A stretch of DNA of 56,588 bases, filler included, from Bipalium vagum (taxonomy: Eukaryota): NCBI GenBank assembly GCA_037834085.1. It is 3 parts of 3 records of this genome, joined end to end, with 100 filler letters (N's around TTAATTAATTAA, not from the genome) between each part and the next. Parts side by side here need not be neighbours in the genome. Positions count along the whole stretch, not along the records: positions 37,522 to 56,588 come from JBBMKC010011889.1; 2 more parts are not named here. One strand, given 5' to 3'. The notes below the pieces were generated by a model. The model did no database searches. It saw only the letters and a program-made list of their open reading frames with translations, and was not told the DNA's origin. This document shows positions 48,863 to 56,588 of this stretch, in pieces. Position numbers and translations under genes: made by a program. Numbering within the stretch: the stretch's first letter is position 1; every line of letters starts with the position of its first letter.

Positions 48863-51800
48863 TCATCCCCAAAAAAGGTTTTTTAAGAACTTTTTGTCGG
48901 AAATATGTACACAGAAAAGATATATTAATGAAATACTTAATCATTATCTTTTACAATGGCACTTCATTAAGAAAATAATTTCATTATACTAGTTTTGTGG
49001 TAACTATCTAGTCTGGAAGTAAAAATAAATTGAGGATTAAATAGAAGAACTAAATTAGTTTTACTAAAAATGTTGAATGAGTGGAACATGTGATAGTTGG
49101 AAGACCTAATTTTTAAATTGTAAAATACGAAATAAAAATTAAACTCTTTAATTTTCCTCTTTGTGATCTGTAGTCGTGACATGTCCTTACCGAGAATTAC
49201 TTCTTTCTATTGAACAAAACTGGAAAATTTTTAAAACTTTTCTCGTTTTGCCTTTCTAGCTTGTTACAATAAACAACTAAAAAATTGTATCACTTGGTTT
49301 TAGCAACTCGCATTTCTCTTTTTCCTGACTATCTGACGCTAAAGTGACTGCAATCGGTTCTCTAGGTCATTGTCTTTGCGATTGTCTTACGTAAATCATG
49401 TATAGCATCATCGAAACCATTAATTCTCTTTGAAATGAAAACTATGGATGATTTTGCTTATAAATTAATAAACTGCATATACTCCGGCTTACTTATTTTA
49501 TCAATTTTCTTTAAATTTCGATCAATCTTTTCCTACTCAATGTCTAGTTCCTTACTAATTTTATTCATTTGAGTCCTTCCAAAATCAAAATTTCTTATTT
49601 TAAAACAGGTGAACAATCTTTGCAATTTCATTTTTCAAATCTAATTTACTGTTTTTCCTTGAAAAAATCCATTAGGTATATAAATACTCCTTTGGCCTTC
49701 GATCTATATTTTGTCCATCATTTCTACACGATTTTAATACACCTTCACCCAATTTCTTTTTTGAAAACTTTGATTTATTATGAGAAAACCTATATTTTGA
49801 GTCCTTTTCTTGAGAATATACAATGAGCAATCAGATGGATTATTAATTTTTTATTATTATTATTAAAATTTTTCAAATGGAATCACTGTTGTTTTTCGTT
49901 ATGATTTTTATACCGATTTTCTCTCTAAATTAATATTTAAAGTCAAATAGTTATTTGAGAAAAAGGGAGAATTTTATTTTTAAAATAGATATTTAATGGT
50001 TATTGGTATTGGTTAACAATAAGGTATTGTTTATAGATGTATAATCATCAAAAAGAAAGTTTGATATATTTCTAAATTTAAACTATACAAATATTAAATT
50101 ATATTTAGACCGTCTCAAGTGAGCATGAAAATAGACTATGGTCGATTTTGACTGTTTAAGCTGTAAATAAAGTACAAATGTTATTGTAATAATAATAACA
50201 AAAATCAATATTTGAACAAGATCGGGGTACTTTAACGATATTATTGAAAACTGTATATTATGGATTTATCACGACAATTTTTTGTTTTTATCAAATTTAA
50301 TATTTTTTAATTCTCACTGCTCTAATTATGTTTGGATGAGGAGGACCGAAAGTTAATAAATCATGTAGAATAGAGTTTCGATTACAATGTACCTTTTTTC
50401 ATGGCCAATATTTTGGTTGGCAATCAAATGGTTGTATATTTTGATGACTTGGCTTCCGTTGAATTTTTCGGTCTCCCAAGTCTTTGAAGTGCAATGTTTT
50501 CTCAGTGGTCGGTGACGATCATTTCCGATATGGTATTTGGTAAATGCTTCGTATGGCGTCGAAAATTTAAACTTGGTAATATGTCGACATTGATTAATAA
50601 AATTTCGTTCCTGGTCATCAAATTACAGTTTAAGAAGGAAAATTGATAACCATTATCGATACGGATCGTCAAATAATAACCGTAAGATTGTAAAAAAGTT
50701 CAACGATTTGCATGTTTCAACCAATATACGCAAAGAAACTGTATTATATGACAACAACGGAATTAATTTTATAAATCACATTGATTTTCTTAAGAGATGA
50801 AACAAAAATAAATCAATTGGAAACAATGATTATTGATGATAACAATTTTTGTTGAAACAATGGTAGAAGTTAGAACTATCTCGTACAACGTCAAAACCAG
50901 AGAAACAATAATATATGTTTGATCATAATAAAGGTAGGCCATAAATATTTAACCCCTCTAGGAAGAATCATTAGAGCTTAATTTTGAAAAGTTTCAATGT
51001 TTCACCGCACATGTCTAATCTTATACCTCAATATCCTAATTTAATTCGATCTCGAATTTTAATAGGTTCCATGATGATGAAACTATGAAATTCGGATTTA
51101 CATAATAAAAACATGTTAACTTATTTCATAAATCTGGAATTATCAGGGTACGTGGTAAAGGACGAAAAGAGCAGTGGACTATTAAAAATTGGAAATACAC
51201 AATAGACATGAAAAAGTAAATTTTTAAAATGTTATTTTGATTAGGTGAGAATTCCTCATGGTTAATATTTCTGATTAAATTGATTTTTTATAAGAAAATG
51301 ATAATAATAATTCAGATTATTGATGTTTTTTAATAGACTTTCAAACAAATGAAATAAAAATTAATATCGACAAAAATTAAAATTATTAAATAAAAATAGA
51401 AATATTCAATTGAAATTGGAAATTCGATAATGATTTGTGAAACTTAAGTAGTCGTTCTTAATCAGTCTAAATTTGATGAAGATTTTAATTAAAACAAATA
51501 AATTTTTGAGTGTGATTTGATATTGTTAAAAATTCATCAAAATCTAATTGATTATTTATTAAAATTAAAAATTACCAGAAAACCAGTTATTTTCAGTTAC
51601 AGACATTATTGATTATCGAATTTAATCAGTGCTAATTAGAAACTGATTTTTATATTACATAAATTAATTTTTCTGTTCACTGAGCTTCAAAAGAATTCTT
51701 TAATATAAAAATCGATATTTCACTTTAATTAAACTTAAAATAAGTTATGATTAAGTTGATTTTTCAAATGAAAATTGATTAATTGAACATTATTTAAGAA

Positions 51801-54434
51801 CAAAAAAAAAACATTTGATTGTGGTTTTTTTCTAAATCTCCAGGTAAATTATTAATTCAGTACTTATTTTTTTATTTCCAATTAATTTTCCGGATTGTCT
51901 TATACTTTCTAAGTTTTTCTTTCATTCATTTCTCGTCACTATTGTTTTTCAAATTAAATAATTGATTATTCTCTATTTTGAAATTGATTACTCTTATAGA
52001 TCTCTTCAGTGAAAATTTAATTGATTGTTATACTAAAATTCGTTTTTTAGACTTCATGGTAAAAGTCATTCGATAATATTTTAAAGAGAGAAATTTTGTA
52101 GATAAAAATATTTTTCTTTTTTAAATGAAAATTAAATAACAGTTTTTTGATTTTTTAAACCAAGCATTGACATGAAAACATTTTGTTGCTTATTGCTGGA
52201 ATCATTTCTTGATTAGAATCATCAAACTTCTATCAATGAGTTCTGAAAATTAGTTTCTTTATCATTAGTTAATATTTTTTAATTGTCACAAACATATATT
52301 TTTGTTATTCTCTAATGATCTATTAGCAATAATTTACAAATTGTCATTTTAACTTATAAAATCGATCTGAATTCACTGACAACTTGATATATGATCATTC
52401 TTTCGGACAATTAATGAAAAATAAAATGTTTCACAAAAGTAGTAAAATCGAAAATTAATTAACTTGTAATCGTTGTTTTAAATTACATTTCATTAAATAG
52501 TTTAATTATATTTATTTTATTTCCTGCTGGACAAAATCATTAAATGAGATCGATTCTTTAATTTGAAACAATTACAAAAATATCGATTTATTTTTAATTG
52601 GTCACAAAGGAAAATATAACTAAAATCGATTTAATTATTTTGACAAATTAACATTTTTCCCATAAATTTTTAAAAATATTTTTCGCTCTTTTTTCCGATA
52701 TTTGTACTTTAAAACTGAATTGTGATTTGTCAGAAAACTGTAATTGTGTGTGTGTGTCATGTGTGCGTCAACAATCCTTGAAATTCTTTTGAAACTATTT
52801 ACATTTTTGTTATGTAGGATGAATGGTTAACTTTCTGGATCACGTGAATTTTGTTTAATGATTTTCATATTTTTTATTTTTTAATATTTACAACAAATAA
52901 AATTCGTTAATTTCAAATAATTTTAATTAAAACTGCAAATTTATAATATTTTGTTATTATTAATTTATTTAATAATTACTTTCATAAAGTATCTTTTCGT
53001 AAAATTATTGATTTTTAATTAAACAAATATTTATTCGTTTATTTTAAAATTGTTTTTTCAATATAATTTTGAGATAAACTGATAAATTGGAGGTTAATTG
53101 TAAGTTGAATTTAATTTATCGATTTCCATACCCAGATTTTTCTGATAAAAATAGATAGCGTGATAAGTTTGAATTTTTAAATAAAATTAATTAATTTCAA
53201 TTATATTTAATTAAAAATTAAGAACCGATGAATTAACTTTTTAAAATAATTTCTTTAATAATTAATTATTATTTTTAAGTAGTTTTCATAAAATTATCTA
53301 TTTTTAATTTTTAAAATATATTATTTTATTGTAAGATTCGTTGCTTTTGTAAAAATAATTATTAGATAAGACCGTTACATTAAGCTTTATTTAAACTGGC
53401 ATTTATGGATTTCCGTTTTCCAAGATTTTCTTCTGATATAAATAGATGACTTGATATTTTGTAATCAACATTTTGTAAACATTTTGTAATCAATTTATTG
53501 ATTCTTTTATAATTTCTTGATAGCACTGATTTTCCAATATAATTCTAATTGGTAGTATTGATTTTTTTAATTTAAGGATGTGTTTTCAATCTGTTATTTT
53601 AATAATTTTCATAAATAAATAAATTGTTTTATTCACTATACATATTACTATTTATGGATTTTCAAACATTGATTTTGATAATTTCTCTACCGTAATCTAC
53701 TATCGATATTTTTGTAAAATGTCAATAACCCTGTTCTGGTTTCTTTTACAGAAAGATAAAATTCCAGAAAGCCTTATCATAAAGAGGATGCGTCTTGATT
53801 TGGAAAAGGACATTTTCGATCACGAAAAACTGATGTACATTAATGGTGATCAGTTACCATTCAATTCGCTTCAATTCGACAAAGATGGAAACACGTGCCC
53901 AATTTCAATCGATTCTCCTTCTTGTTCTCCCCTGCCACCTGCTCTGGAACTACTTCCGTCAACTGATTTCCAAGACAACGAAATCCAGAATTCCCAAACG
54001 GTCTTTCCCGACCTAGCATCATCAGCAGTTGGATATCATCAGTCTTGTGACGATGGTTCTTCGTTTGTAGAATGTCCCATAGCAAGTGGAAGAGGAGGAT
54101 TAGAAGAAGGAGAAGCAGGGGGAGGCGTAAGGGGCTGTGCAGAAGACACGACCATTGTTGATTCGTCAGAAAATCTTCCCGACTCGCTGTGTCACTACGA
54201 CATCCAGGATATTTCCGTCGATGTATGAAAAATTAAATCAATAAAAAAGCTTTTTTATATAAAACGAAACACCGCGCGATTTTGATTATTTTTTTCCAGA
54301 GTATCGATTCTCCGATATCGGAATGTGATTGGAATAATGTGCACGACAAAGATTCTCTGAATAGCGAAATAACGGGAAATCCTCAATCAGAAGATCCGGA
54401 TTTGGATGCAGCAATCAAAAGCATTTTGTTTTGA
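38986..54434 (+). CDS. GLTSCR1-domain protein, BICRA/BICRAL-like (ncBAF/GBAF subunit); 9-exon model, about 776 aa
   Basis: Exons 38986-39002, 39060-39546, 41100-41342, 41408-41620, 44852-45083, 47493-47930, 47988-48082, 53752-54222 and 54300-54434 splice in frame (2331 nt). Q/N/P-rich N-terminal half. GLTSCR1 domain DSHKAVLMPDYLTPFTDMTDAVQRLLPYHIF...PESLIIKRMRLDLEK. C-terminal DLDAAIKSILF* resembles the BICRA-family AIxSIL motif. The 5' exons are less certain than the domain exons, and extra exons could be missed. Confidence 0.85.
44011..44046. repeat. (AAT)12 microsatellite
   Basis: Direct read; explains the poly-Ile run in ORF 43874-44164. Confidence 0.95.
44341..44690 (+). mobile_element. 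Non-autonomous mariner (350 bp) with TIRs and TA TSD, in a BICRA-like intron
   Basis: 27-bp TIRs TTAGGTGTCCAAATAAGTTCTTACCGA (1 mismatch), with TA on both sides. Retains the transposase C-terminus NGIILLQDRWEKVIQFHGSYFD*. Confidence 0.95.
48822..48862. repeat. (TTA)13 microsatellite
   Basis: Direct read. Confidence 0.95.
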
Positions 54435-54451
54435 TAAAAAACTCAACGGTT

Positions 54452-54588
54452 TTGTGTGTGCAAGTGTGTGTGCGTGATCGTGAGTGTTTTGTGTAATCGT
54501 GTTTTGTGTATGTGTGTGACTATCATGTCCCATGTTCTCTTTCTATCTCTCTATCGCTTTCTGTCTCTTTCTCTCTCCCTCTCTGTGT
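54452..54588. repeat. Imperfect TG- and CT-dinucleotide tracts in the presumptive 3' UTR of the BICRA-like gene
   Basis: GTGTGTG clusters followed by CTCTCT clusters immediately after the stop codon. Confidence 0.7.
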
Positions 54589-54940
54589 ACAGATTTTAAA
54601 TAGATGTAGCGAAAGTGTATTTTCGATTTTCCAAAGATCACGACTTCAACGCTATTTAAAAATAACGTTACAAAAATATTGATTTGATTTTCTAAACTTT
54701 TGTGGAAAATAGTTCAGCAATTCGACTGCTGGATTTTTTGTCCGGCATTTAAAGACAGGCCTTCAATAGGTACGATATGAAAAAAATTATCCTTTGCCCC
54801 ACTGTTATATGGTTGTAGAATAAACATTTTTCTTGTTTTTCTTTTTGAACATTTAGGTCTTTCTCAATTGATTTGCACCAATCGTCATATATCGGGTTCA
54901 TCCAAGTTTAATGATATATATATATATATATAATGATTGT

Positions 54941-56134
54941 CTGTAAGAAGTATTCGTACGATCACTTCATTTATAAAATATTTTGATTTATAAGGCAGTA
55001 TAGCACTATTGAAAAATAATTGTAATTACATCTGCAGCATTTTAATGTATCAAATAGCATAAAGATAAAAAAATATTTTATAGGCTTGGGAAATTGGTTA
55101 ATTAAGATCAGAAGAATTATTCTTACGATTATATTTATAACATATAAACAAAAATCTAATAAATGTAACTAGCATGTCTAATATTTTATTGCTCTTCCTT
55201 TCCTATTAAGCACCATTTGACATCTATTCATTGATTGGGTAATTTTTTGCAAAATTCAGAAGGAATTTTTCTATGAGATATACTTTTAATATTTCCTTTC
55301 CGATTATCTCCCTCTCCCTGAATTTTTTTTAAGTAGGCCCATAAATTCATGTCCGGTGATTGACCAACCCATTTCATGACCTCAAGCCGCTTGCTCACAA
55401 TCTTGATCGTATGTTTTGAATCCCTATCATGCTGAAACTTGAAATATTTTTCCATAACAAAGTGTTGGACAGTTAGGCACCAATTTTTCTTTCAAAATAT
55501 TAAGACAGTCTTCTTTTTTCATTATGCAATCGATGAAATGTAATTTCCCTACCCACAACTCGAAAAACATCCTTATACCTTGACTAATCTACCATCATGC
55601 TTAACTGCCGATCGGAGGCATTCTACCTTAATTTCTTCTTTCACAGTTCTCTACGCTGTAATTTTTCTCTCCCAAATACATTAAATTTGCCTCCGTTCAA
55701 CCATAGAACTGTGTCCAATCCATGTGATCACTCAGAAGTTTCCTGACCTACTTAACCTTTTCTTTGAAATGAAAGGTTTTTTCTTAACCATTCGACTGTA
55801 TCTCTCAGTAGGTTTCTAATACTTGTTGGCGAGACAATTATATTATTCGCCTTATTCAATTGTATAGAGAGTGCAACCGCCGAAGCAAGCCGATTCTTTT
55901 TGACACATCTCTGAATAATCCAATCTTTCCTGACAGTTTTTTATTCTTCGCCTATCACTCCGAGGTAGAGACAAGAGGGTCAATCTCACTAAAATATTTA
56001 TTCAGGATGGATTGAACAGTTGACTTTGGGCATTTCAACATCGTGGAGATCTGAACAAAGCTGATTCCATAATTTCTTAATTTTAGAATTACATTTCTGA
56101 AATCAACTGAGTAGTCTTTTGACCTACGTCCCAT
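54941..56134 (-). mobile_element. Tc1-family transposon (IR/DR-type end), near full-length decayed transposase
   Basis: ATG at 56134: MGRRSKDYSVDFRNVILKLRNYGISFVQISTMLKCPKSTVQSILNKY. Also VKKKPFISK, AVKHDGR, FQHDRDSKHT and WVGQSPDMN. Direct repeats AAGAAGTATTCGTACGAT (54945) and AAGAATTATTCTTACGAT (55112) at the 3' end. The 5' TIR was not located. Confidence 0.88.
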
Positions 56135-56423
56135 TTTGTTTTTATTGCTGAAAGAAATTAGAATTCATTCAGATTACATGTTTTTATGATGTAAAATCAA
56201 TAATTAGTTAATAATAAGTACTTACATTTGTTTTAAAAATATGGATCAATAAATATTATTAAAGCAAAATGATATGACCAATACTGTTAGAATATAAATA
56301 TTTGCATAAATTTTATTTTATTTAGTTGTATAATTAAATTTTATAAACAGTTTTGTTAAATGCAAAGAGTTACACCAGTACTGCATAAAAATATTTTTTT
56401 TCATTTTGTGGAGGCTACGTCAA

Positions 56424-56519
56424 CCACAAGCATCAAATCCTTCTACAATACCTAAGCCAGGCGGATCAATCCCACAAGTATCAAATCTTTCTGCAATACC
56501 CAAGTCAGGCAGATCAACC
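56424..56519. repeat. 48-bp tandem repeat, two diverged copies plus a degenerate partial third
   Basis: CCACAAGCATCAAATCCTTCTACAATACCTAAGCCAGGCGGATCAATC / CCACAAGTATCAAATCTTTCTGCAATACCCAAGTCAGGCAGATCAACC. Confidence 0.9.
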
Positions 56520-56588
56520 AATGCAGATATCTAACCTTTTTGATCTTAGAACTGTTATTAGTGATCATCCTAAAAACTTCTTAAAAAC

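Noticed and set aside
50330-51210. Scattered Tc1-like words (GRPK, DETKINQL)
   Set aside because: Too fragmentary to define elements or boundaries.
1-56588. tRNA, rRNA, CRISPR arrays, or a non-standard genetic code
   Set aside because: None seen. The spliced host-gene models translate cleanly with the standard code, and the sequence is eukaryotic.

Overview
Very AT-rich animal (invertebrate) genomic DNA read with the standard code. It has spliceosomal GT-AG introns of two size classes (about 41-77 nt, and multi-kb TE-filled). The window is three contigs joined by two identical artificial 100-bp linkers (N44-TTAATTAATTAA-N44 at 18158-18257 and 37422-37521), so adjacency across them is meaningless. 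Contig 1 has a PDZRN3/PDZD4-like PDZ gene (- strand) head-to-head with the 5' seven exons of a GBA2/GH116 glucosylceramidase gene. Contig 2 has three exons of a PDE7-like cAMP phosphodiesterase that the ORF track misses. Inside its apparent downstream intron, on the opposite strand, lie an intronless peptide-type (FMRFamide/myosuppressin/Srw-like) GPCR split into two overlapping ORFs at the TM5/ICL3 boundary, and an 83-aa HTH-like spliced mini-ORF bracketed by inverted repeats. Contig 3 has an apparently complete 9-exon GLTSCR1-domain (BICRA/BICRAL-like) gene. Introns and intergenic DNA carry decayed Tc1, Tc3-like, mariner, DD37D/maT-like, pogo/Tigger, Merlin and Gypsy elements plus (AAT)n microsatellites. 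The overall style would fit a flatworm such as a planarian, but this is inference only. All family assignments come from motif recognition by eye; no searches were run.
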